This document shows, one piece after another, positions 53,400 through 64,000 of a DNA stretch of 64,000 nt. Under the pieces are notes generated by a model that saw nothing but the letters and a program-made list of their open reading frames with translations, did not search any database and was not told where the DNA came from. A program made the translations under genes and the position numbers. The first letter of the stretch is position 1. Every line of letters begins with the position of its first letter. The stretch is from Octopus sinensis (Eukaryota). The DNA lies in NCBI RefSeq assembly GCF_006345805.1, contig NC_043020.1, forward strand, positions 18,662,001 to 18,726,000, in the 5' to 3' direction.

Positions 53400-53905
53400 T
53401 TGTTGCTGAGTGTTGTAGCTTGTTTAGTTAGCGATTTCGAATCGATGGTTCTTCATCAGATATTTTTTAAGCCTCATTTCCCGCACTTTCTTGATAGTAT
53501 TTAGTTTCTCGCTCTTTCATGATTAAAGATCCTGGAAGAGGCAAATGTGTTTCCTCGCATCCAGCTCAATACGGAGACTCAGGCTTGTTCTTTGATACCT
53601 AGTTAAGTGTGACTCTGTAATCCTGAGGCCAACTGCATCTCTCCTCCTCGCTAGTATGTGAGTGTAGCATCCCCCATCACAGTGTTGGTGGTGTTGGAAC
53701 ACGGTGCAGGCTGGTGTGCTCTTGTACAAATGTTTCTTTATCCTAAAGTGGTGTTTCCTGGTCGACCCCATATATGCCGAGCCACAAGCTCGCGTCATCG
53801 AGTACACCTCGTTCCGTTTAAAACTTAGCCGGTTGAGTTGTTCGGACTGGACATTGGTCTAGGCAGCATGCGTCCAGTGTGTTGTTTGAAACTGTAGCTC
53901 GTGAT
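53400..53905 (-). mobile_element. Penelope-like GIY-YIG endonuclease remnant with 3' pLTR
   Basis: ORF 53523-53807 YSMTRACGSAYMGSTRK..RIKKH..VFQHHQHC..ILARRRD..LRITE fits GIY-YIG (YIG.T.R..RxxEH). Confidence 0.75.
53425..53464 (-). ncRNA. Degenerate hammerhead motif (HHR-6)
   Basis: CTGATGA-A-GAA ccatcga TTC-GAAA-TCGC-TA; helix I not recoverable; sits just 3' of the GIY-YIG ORF. Confidence 0.45.
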
Positions 53906-53974
53906 TTACACACACACGCTCTCGCGCGCACACGTACACACGCATATGCATATATATATATATATATATATATT

Positions 53975-54205
53975 GGCGGCGAGCTGGCAGAAACGTTAGC
54001 ACGCCGGGCGAAATGCGTAGCCGTATTTCGTCTGCCGTTACGCTCTGAGTTCAAATTCCGCCGAGGTCGACTTTGCCTTTCATCCTTTCGGGGTCGATTA
54101 AGTAAGTACCAGTTATACACTGGGGTCGATATAATCGACTTAGTTCGTTTGTCTGTCCTTGTTTGTCCCCTCTGTGTTTAGCCCCTTGTGGGCAGTAAAG
54201 AAATA
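53975..54205 (+). mobile_element. SINE family A, full length, young
   Basis: GGCGGCGAGCTGGCAGAAACGTTAG..GAGTTCAAATTCC..GGGCAGTAAAGAAATA. Confidence 0.93.
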
Positions 54206-54224
54206 TATATATATATATATATAT

Positions 54225-54885
54225 GCATATGTGGGCACAAGACGTCACGAAACGTGTACAACAAAAAATACGAAGTACAAGTACATGGAATATGAACTAT
54301 GTTTTCGAACAACGAAGGGCACAAATGGAAAACAAGACAAACAACATAAAGAACGACCCTTCATCAGTTGTTGGCTGTTTTTCTACTCTCATATTTCGAG
54401 CATTTAACAACAATATACGATTTCGATAAAATAGTTGCTTCCTCAAAGTAAATTAAATAAAATTTGGGATTTTGCGGAAGGTCGAAATTGGTAGCACAAA
54501 CAGGACAGGGAAAACAAACAGGAAGGGCTGCTAAGCTTAAACGAGGTTGTGGTGGCGAACGCGTAAATCAACCTTGGACAAGAAACAGACAAAACACGTC
54601 TTCATTGTTCAATCTAGAACGGAGAGAAAGAAACACAAGTTAGGAGAAGAAAGAAAGATGACCGATGGTCACGTGGGAGCCATGCGAGGAAGGGAGGAGG
54701 AGTGAGGGAGAGTGAGTAACAGAGTGGTAGGATAGAATAGCGGTAGAAGAGGAGATAAAAGAATAAGAGAGAGAAAGAGATACAAACGAAAGCGTAAAAA
54801 GATCGTATAGAGTGCGCATCAGAATTATTAAGATAAAACTTACTTGGAAGAGGATGAGGTTGCGTGGCGTTCAATCATATAATAC
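54225..54885. mobile_element. Non-coding repeat, homolog of 18311-18921
   Basis: Colinear reverse-complement similarity; its end also matches 18105-18150. Confidence 0.75.
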
Positions 54886-54923
<38 letters not shown>

Positions 54924-54999
54924 ATCAATAACAGTAAAGGGTGAAATTAATTAAAGTGCGCGGACTGAACCGTCTTTATTCAAGATTGATATTGGTTTG

Positions 55000-55455
55000 A
55001 AACTTTGACACAAGGCCAGCAATTTCGAGAGAGGATGTAAATCGAGTACATTTCACTCCAATACTCAACTGGTACTCAATTTATCGACCCTGAAAGGATA
55101 AAACGCGAAGTTGACCTCGGCGGAATTTGAACTCAGAACGTAAAGACGGGCGAAACACCGCTAAGTATTTTGCCTAGCGTGCTACCGATTCTGCCATCTC
55201 GCCGCCTTTTACTTGACCATTGACATTACTGAAGTGACAAAGACGGTGAGCTGGCAGAGTGGTTATGATGCCGAACAAAACGCTTAGCGGCATTTCTTCT
55301 GGTTTTACATTCTGTTCAAATTCTGCTGGGGCCGACTTTGCCTTTCATCCTTTCGGGGTCAATGAAATAATTATCAGTTGAGTAATTGGGTCCATGTAAT
55401 CAACTAACCCCTTCCCCCAAATTTCCAGGCTTTGTGCCTATTGCAGTAAGGATAT
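55000..55455. mobile_element. Head-to-head SINE A pair (minus 55000-55208, plus 55246-55455)
   Basis: GCCATCTCGCCGCC ends the minus copy; GGTGAGCTGGCAG starts the plus copy ~37 bp later. Confidence 0.82.
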
Positions 55456-55964
55456 TACTCTCGTGACACACACTACATAGTACCAGTCCAGAGCGATGGA
55501 TTGGCAAAATGGATAGAACGCTAGACGAGATGGCTTACAGTATATGTCTCGCCTCTTTACTAGTAGTTCAAATCCGTAACCTCAATTAACACCATACCCA
55601 CCACCCCAGTTACTGTCAGTGAAGTTCACCTCTAAGACGCTTTCGGACTAGGGTTACGATTTAACGATAACGAATTCCTTTCCTCCAACCAGTTATAGAG
55701 ATGGCCATGAAAATAAATAGGACCAGGTGCGACTGTCAGGTAAGAAAATTTCTTCCTAACCACATGTATCTTGTGCAAGTGTCTTCTACTATAATCATGA
55801 GCCGACCAAAGTCTTGTGAATGAATTTGGTCGACGGAAATTTATTATATATATTAATGAAATTGAATATAGATATATATATATATATTAATGTGTCTGTG
55901 TTTCGCTTGTGCTTGGCGACCGGTGTTATTTTCTTTATGTCCCTGTAACTAAACAGTTATGTGT

Positions 55965-56495
55965 CAGGTTACTTGTGAGGTCTCTCATGAGGGTTACTGG
56001 TAACATGCAATCTAGTACAACCATGGTCGGGTCAATGGCGACTAAACCGGCACCCTGACAAGGTTTGCCTGGTGAAGAGGGTTGCAAGAAATCCAGCAAG
56101 ATTAAAAACAAGACCTATCAAAATCAACGGATCAACCTAATGTAGTTCCAACGATTATCTAGAAATAGCATTAGCCCTCTGAAATTCCTGTTTGGTATCC
56201 GGCACGCTGTAAGACCACTGGGGATCAGGCACCCCTTAGCGTTTGTTAAAGCATGTCTCTATAAACTCTCTTCAAACCCAATCTACGTCTGCTCCGGTAA
56301 TCAGCGGGGATTTGGTCAGCGAATCTTCTGAGACGGTCGACAATCAACAAGATGCTACGGATCACACTGTCCCAAAGTGTGTATCCATATGACCAGGGAC
56401 CACATGTGGATTTGTATTTCCACTGAAACTCCGATCATGACTCGTTAGTCGGAGCCGGCTCGACCCACCCCGGATGAATACCGCCACAACAACAA
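55965..56495 (+). mobile_element. Possible internally deleted RTE-like LINE
   Basis: CCCTCTGAAATTCCTGTTTGGTATCCGGCACGCTG resembles the APE start PLKF..WNxRTL; a C2H2-like remnant and (ACA)n end follow; degenerate. Confidence 0.4.
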
Positions 56496-57820
56496 CCTAG
56501 CAGTTCGGCAAACAAGTACTGAAGTTGATTTGTTCGACTAAACTCTTCAAGGCGGTGCTCCAGCATAGCCGCAGTTTAATAATGGAAAGAAGTTAAAGAG
56601 TGAAATATTTTTTATTAAAAAGTCATCAAAAAGACTGTTTTTCATTCTTTGTGTATTACAAAATATCTTCTCTATATTCTGTCATTAAAACAAGATTGCT
56701 TTTCGTTCTATAATAGCTGAATTGTCTTTACTTGTCGGTCCTGGAGAGAGAATTTGTTGCCTCTAATTATGCCCAACAAAATATCCGGGTTTCTATTATG
56801 CTAAAAATGGTTGATATTTCACTCGGGTTAGCACCATCAAACCACAGGGTCCTTGTGTGCGGAGTTCACTCTGTAAGAAGTACGGGAATTACGCTTCAGG
56901 TGTGACGATAATACACGTTGTATAGGATCTTCCCATCCCACCTCTTCACTCTTTCTCTCTCTCTCTTCTGCCCTTTCTCTCCCTCTCTCTCTCTCGCTCT
57001 CTCTCTGAAGTGTAACCGGTGTCTTGGCTTCAATACCACTAAATGCCCTCCTCTCCAACAAAAATAGAAAAATAAATTAAAAATGACATTTTCAACCTGG
57101 GAAAATATTTCGATTAACAGGCGTCATTTGTTGCAATCATTGCGGAACCACACCTATTCAAGGGGCCAGGGTTCGAATGAAAGTATTTTCAACCATTTTT
57201 AACACCTACTCCTACTCGAAGATGTCAGAGTGCATAAAATACTCTAGCCTGACATATTGAAATTCGATCTCAGAAATGATGCGACCGAATGACCAAAGGA
57301 AGACTCTTCAACATTATATAAAAATGCAGCGAATATTTGCACCAACCATCTGCACCATACTGCAGTTGCGTTGCTAAAAAGTCTGCAGACGCTGTAGTAG
57401 CAGGTGTGTATATAAGAGAGACAGAGAGGGGAGGGGCTGGCTACAGTAGTGGGAAGAGGTAAGGGGGAAACGTCATGAGACAGTCGCCATTTTGAATTCA
57501 GATAAATGTAGCCGAAAACTACGGGGTTATTCGGTACAGTTTTCGTCTGTCTGTGCGTCACTCATTCTCTCTTTCTACACTGTGTTAAAGCTGGGTAGCA
57601 GGGGTGTGTGTGTGTGTATGTATGTAGGTTGTGGTGGCAGTGATGGTAGTGGTGATTGAGAGGGAGAAAGGGAGGGTGGAAGGTAGAGGAGGCGCTGAGA
57701 CAGACTTTACAACGATGCCACTTCATGACGTGTGTAGCCGTGTGTGTCTAACAGAGGTGTCTCTGTATGTTGCTATATGATGTGTATGAGTGTATGCATG
57801 CACTAGAGTGTGTGTGCGTG

Positions 57821-57882
<62 letters not shown>

Positions 57883-58001
57883 TATATATATATGTATATA
57901 TATATATATGCACATGCATATATACATATGTAGATATATATACACATATATATATTTATAAGTATTATGTATGTATGTATGTATCTATTTATCTATGTAT
58001 T

Positions 58002-58037
<36 letters not shown>

Positions 58038-58124
58038 TATCCGTACATTTACACACTTGTAAGGAAAGAGAGAGCGCGAGAGATGGACTGATGCGTACAT
58101 ATGTGTTAATAAACGTATGTATAT

Positions 58125-58161
<37 letters not shown>

Positions 58162-58449
58162 ACCTACGTCTATGTGTGCACACACATATAAATATATACA
58201 TATTTATATGTATATATATATATGTGTGTGTGTATGATTGTGAGTATGTATGTATGTATGTATGCATGTATGTATGTATGTATGTATGTATGTATGTATG
58301 TATATATGTATGTATATGTGTCTGTCTGAGTATGTTATGTAAGTATGTATATGTGTGGGTGCATACTTGTCTCCACACGCTTGGATACACATACGCATAT
58401 AGCCACACACTTAAACTTATATTAATATATATTTGAAACAATACTCACC

Positions 58450-59027
58450 TTGAATTTACCTTTTTCTTTCAATCATTACTCAAGTGCAAACACACACACA
58501 CAACGGCACTTATGCACACACCGATACACGCACACATACCAGTACACACATGCACACATACACGGATGCACATATATACAACAACACACACATTCACACA
58601 TATACACACGTATACGCACACAACGGCACACACACACCGTCATACAAACACCGGCACACACACATACACACACAAACCGGTATACAAACGCACACACACC
58701 GGTATACAAACATCACATAGACCGGTACACATGCATATGCACACGCGCGCTCACACACACCGGTTTACACAGACACCGGTACACACACAAACACACACAC
58801 GCTGACACACGCACACAGACACATTCACAAGCACATACACACACATACACATGCATACACATACACGCAAACACGCACACACGTGTGGACACTTAAATGC
58901 GCTCATACCGCTTCACACAGACACTAGTACACACACGCATACACACATACATACACACATACATACATACATACATACATACATACATACATAAATACAT
59001 ACATACATACATAAATACATACATACA

Positions 59028-59063
<36 letters not shown>

Positions 59064-59400
59064 TATATACATACATTTACATATATACGCATATATACAC
59101 ATACACATAACCACGCACTCACACACACGCACGCACACCGACACATACATATACTAACATATCCCAAAAAGCACACACACACACACAAACACACAGGCAA
59201 AGACACACACACACACACAAACATGCACACACAAACACACACACACAGGCAAATGCACACACACACATACAAACAGGCACACACACACACACACAGAAAC
59301 ACACACACACAAACACACACACACACAGGCAATGACACACACACACACACACACAAACACACGCACACAGGCAAAGACACACACACACACAAACACACAC
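58450..59400. repeat. Degenerate CA-rich and (CATA)n low-complexity region
   Basis: Direct inspection; recurrent ACCGGT and ACAGGCAA motifs. Confidence 0.85.
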
Positions 59401-59823
59401 ACTCAGGTAATACTCTTTTCTTCTTATCGGTTAAAGCCAATCTGACTAGGGTCAAACTGCGACAGCGGATGAAAAGATGAAAGGGCGTTCTGGCCATCAT
59501 ATCAACCTTGTTCATATTTCAAGGTAGTACATATTTCACCTGTCTATATTCATCGAAAACCTAAGTTATGAACCGGGATTTTCGGACCGGTGTAAATTGA
59601 GATACAGGCAAGGAGACTCACACACACAAATGCATATACATATGTATGTGTATATGTAAGTTTGTATTAGAAGGTTTGCAGATGATGTACAGGTATTATA
59701 TATTAGAAGAAATTAGGTACTCAGAAATCTGGATGGTTTTATATTTACAGACATTTATTAGCAGGTTACATGTTTTTATAAATCATATATCATATATATA
59801 GCGCTTTCGTCCACTCCAGTGGA

Positions 59824-59861
<38 letters not shown>

Positions 59862-60270
59862 CAACACCGACACACATTGCAGCATACGCGGGCGCGCGTA
59901 TGTGTAAGTGTGTGTCAGTAAGTCGAGCTCCCAAACAGCAACTACATTCCAGGAACTGATAAGAAAGTGGCGGATATGTGTGTATTTGTGTTTGTGCTTG
60001 CGCGAGCGTGCATGCAATCTGTTTAAGTATATAGAAATATATGTATGCACGTGTATATGCTCTGTGTATATGCATGTATGTATCCGTGTGTGCGTTCATG
60101 CGTGCATGTATGTATGCACATTTATGAGTTGGCTCAGGTGCCATACAGTGGAGAGAGACTCAGGACCATTGTGTTGCGAGCGAAATAGCTATACCAACAG
60201 ACATACCTACACACACGCGCACACCCACTCGCACATAGGCACACGCGCGTATATATGTGGATATATATAA

Positions 60271-60324
<54 letters not shown>

Positions 60325-60368
60325 TATGCATAAGTATGTGTGTATATGTATATGTGTGAGTGTGCACT

Positions 60369-60400
<32 letters not shown>

Positions 60401-60844
60401 GTGTGTGTGTGTGTGTGTGGTGTGTGTGGTGTGCGTGTGTGTGTGTGTGCATAGATACATACATATATATACACAATACCGATATATATATATATATATT
60501 ATATATATATATATATATTATATATATTATATATATATGCATATATGTAGTCGTGTGTATGTATGTATATGTATATATGTATATATATATATATACACAT
60601 GCGTGTACGTGTGTGTGCGTCTGTGTGTATGTGTATGTGTGTGTGTGTGCCCACCACACGCGCTAGTGTGTGTAGATGAGATTATGTGAGATGTACAAAA
60701 TCATATATAAATATACACATATATATTCGCTTACAGACACACAGCCACACATTCACAATAATAGACACACATTCACAATAATAGACACACGGACAGTTTC
60801 AGTCATAGATTTAACGGTGACACGCACACACGCACACGCACACA

Positions 60845-60916
<72 letters not shown>

Positions 60917-61165
60917 ACGCACACACACACACACACATACATAGAAAGAAAAGAAGTGGATGAAAAATGAAAAGGAGCCGGTACGTGTTTGTGTGTAGAA
61001 GACTGTGTGAGCGTGTATGCGTGTGTACATATTATTTTCCCAGTATATATATCCCTGTGTATCAACGAAGATAGAGGGACCACTACTAGCATACAAGTAG
61101 TATCACTACAGCAATTATACACAGGGATAGACAGACAGACATCTTCATTTAGATCTCACTTCCTC

Positions 61166-61207
<42 letters not shown>

Positions 61208-61279
61208 TCCAAATGTTATGTCACTTAGATAACTTTTCTTCTCCCCCAATACTCGCACTTGGTCTCTCTCTCTCTCTCT

Positions 61280-61344
<65 letters not shown>

Positions 61345-61390
61345 ATATCTCTATAACTATCGATCTATTTCTCCCAGTCTCGAAATATGA

Positions 61391-61422
<32 letters not shown>

Positions 61423-61847
61423 GTGTGTATTAATCATTATATTTCAGTGTGCTTATGAACAAATAGTATTACTATATTACTATATCTTAAAGACACGTGT
61501 GTGTGTGTGCGTGTGTGCGTGTCTGTGTGTGTTTGTGTGCTTGTGTGTATGTGGATATATTCACACGGTATTACATCATTATAATACACACACTATCTAA
61601 CAATCTGTCGCTTTCTGTATGCATGTATGTATATATGTGCTATTTATTAATATATACACACGCATATATATATATATAAATAGATATGCACATACATTCA
61701 TATAAATATATATATATGTATATAATTAATTAATAAGGGTGAGAGAATTAGATACTAATTTAATAGTATATTATATTTATTCAACCCAAGTGGCCTAGTG
61801 CTACGAGAAACCTGGATTATTATAATATTTTATAACATATATAATAT

Positions 61848-61881
<34 letters not shown>

Positions 61882-61969
61882 ATTGTGTGTGTGTGAGAGA
61901 GAGATTATAGATATATAAATATACACACGTGTATCTATCATTCTATCTATTAATATGTATATGTTTCTA

Positions 61970-62001
<32 letters not shown>

Positions 62002-62223
62002 TGTATGCATATATAATTATAGTCATACATATCTTATACATACATGAGAGACAGATAGATAAAGATTGGACTTCTTTTTTTTCTTTTGGAACAAATAAGA
62101 GGAATAACACTCAGTACATGGATATATATATATCTTATTAGTTTTAATCTGTAGAAAGAGATAAATACGACTCGTCTCCGAGTCTCTGTAGCCATATGCG
62201 AGTGTATGTGGTATGTGTGTATG

Positions 62224-62268
<45 letters not shown>

Positions 62269-62316
62269 CAATATAATATATATATATATATTATATATAT
62301 AATATATGTATACATA

Positions 62317-62612
62317 CCGTGACCGACCAGACTATCAGATGTTGCTACACACCGCTGTCACAATGCGCTTCGCATTGTTTTAGCCTTCAAATGACGCCAC
62401 CCCGCTGGCTAAGCTAGCAGGCTAAGAGAAGAAAGAGTGAGCTAAAGTTGTGGCGAAAGAGTACAGCAGGGACCACCGCCACCTCCTATCGGACCCTCGT
62501 GGAGCTATAGGTGTTTTGCTCAATAAACACTCACAAGGCCGGTCTGGGAATCGAAACCGTGATCCTACGACCGCGAGTCCGCTGCCCTAACCACTGGGCC
62601 ATTGCGCCTCCA
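62317..62612 (-). mobile_element. tRNA-derived SINE family D
   Basis: Reverse complement GGAGGCGCAATGGCCCAGTGGTTAGGGCAGCGGACTCGCGGTCGTAGG..GGTTTCGATTCCC. Confidence 0.88.
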
Positions 62613-62620
62613 CACACACA

Positions 62621-62664
<44 letters not shown>

Positions 62665-62667
<3 letters not shown>

Positions 62668-63914
62668 AATAATGCGGGGTTTTCAGTTGCATGAACTAAA
62701 AATCGGAGGGGGACGTGATATATTACCTGCATCACTTGCTATAAAAGCGAGTATAAATTTAACTTATTCTCAGTGAAAGTTTCGAAGAGTGCCTTTCGAT
62801 TTTAATAGTTATTTTTCCAAAGAGACATATTTGGCATATTTTTTTATGAGTTCAATAAAGACAACAACGCAATGGAAAGAGCGAGGAATATTAATGCAGT
62901 ATATGAGGATCGGACAGTAAGGACAAGCCAGTGTCATCGGTGGTTCCAGAAATTCCGAGCCGGAAACTACAGCCTAGAAGACGAGCTTCGTTCTGGAAGA
63001 TCTGTAGAGCTCGACTAGGATGTCCTGCAAACCCTGGTGGAACAAAATCCCATCGCTACTGTTGTGGAACTAGCATAGAATCTTGGATTTGGTCATTCAA
63101 TCATTCATCGATACCTGCGTGTCATTGGAAAAATCAGCAAATTGGATCACTGGGTTCCTCACAAATTTTCGGAGTCTAATCGCGCGCAGAGATTGAATGT
63201 GTGCTCTTCTTTGCTGTCATGTCTCACGAATGAACCATTTTTTTAATCAAAAAGTGACTGGTGAGGAGAAATGTGTTCTCTATAAGAATGTTAAGCACCT
63301 AAGTCAGTGGGTAAAGAAAGGAGAAACACTGGCACTCCAGGATAAAGAAGGTCTTCACCCACGTAAGGTGTTGTTATCTGTTGGGTGGGATGTGAAAGGT
63401 TTTGCCCATTTTGAACTTTTAAACCCAAACCAAACGATAACAAAGGAGATCTACTGCGAGCAGCTTAAGCGGCGTAAGTCAGTGCTAGAAGAAAAATGAC
63501 CATCTTTGGTTTCAAGACGAAAGATGTTCTTCCATCAGGATAATGCTCGGCCACATACAGAGAGGATGACATTCGAAAGGCTGGAGCAGTTTCAATGGGA
63601 GACAATGCCCCATCTACCATATTCGCCGGACATTGCCCCATCTGATTATCATTTAATCCGCAGTCTTCAAAATTATTTGGACAGAAAAAATATGAATTTT
63701 GTCGACGAGGTCAGAACAGTACTGGAGGAGTATTTTTCGTCACGGACAGGTGAATTTTGGGAGAGGGGCCTTGCAAGTCAAGCAGAGAGAGGGAAGAGCA
63801 TCGTAGAAAATGACGGTGAGTAAATTTTATATTAAAAAAAGAATTTTGTTTATCTTAATTTTGAAAAATAAAGGAAGTATAAAAAAACTGCATTATTTAT
63901 GGGATGGCCAAATA
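62665..63914 (+). mobile_element. Near-full-length DD34D mariner with pseudogenised transposase (~62820-63823)
   Basis: WFQKFRAG..WVPHKF..VTGEEKC..HQDNARPH..YSPDIAPSDY (34 aa D-D spacing counted); in-frame stops; TIR remnants ATAAATAATGCGG and CTGCATTATTTATGGGATGGCCAAATA. Confidence 0.95.
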
Positions 63915-64000
63915 TATACACACAAAATTATGTTTATACGAACACACATACATATAAATACATATACACATATACCTTCACATTTGCGCGCACGCACACA

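Noticed and set aside
55960-56090. HDV-like ribozyme in the putative RTE 5'UTR
   Set aside because: A GACTAA J4/2-like motif is present, but the P1/P2/P3 pseudoknot could not be built
59560-59785. Additional RLE-LINE 3' end
   Set aside because: Similarity to 30740-30900 is too degraded to support by eye

Overview
This is AT-rich, repeat-saturated eukaryotic DNA with no supportable host protein-coding gene, rRNA, tRNA or CRISPR array. Nearly all long ORFs in the track are microsatellite translations. From my recognition of the SINE families and microsatellite load I infer a coleoid cephalopod (Octopus-like) intergenic or intronic region; this is unverified. Contents: dozens of tRNA-derived SINEs in at least four families; 5'-truncated R4/Dong-like RLE LINEs stacked in (TAA)n tracts; two Penelope-like (PLE) GIY-YIG remnants; a decayed near-full-length DD34D mariner; Tc1, maT-like and hAT remnants, including a SINE>hAT>Tc1 nest; several MITEs/foldbacks; a 45-bp minisatellite; and a 520-bp tandem duplication. 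The best hidden signal is a set of six type I hammerhead ribozyme motifs from five unrelated sequence contexts, with palindromic or near-palindromic helix III. One is essentially intact (28736-28814, minus strand) and three lie co-oriented within 1.5 kb of a modular direct/inverted-repeat mosaic. PLE-associated hammerheads are a known phenomenon. Their density and diversity here are read directly from the sequence, but activity is untested.
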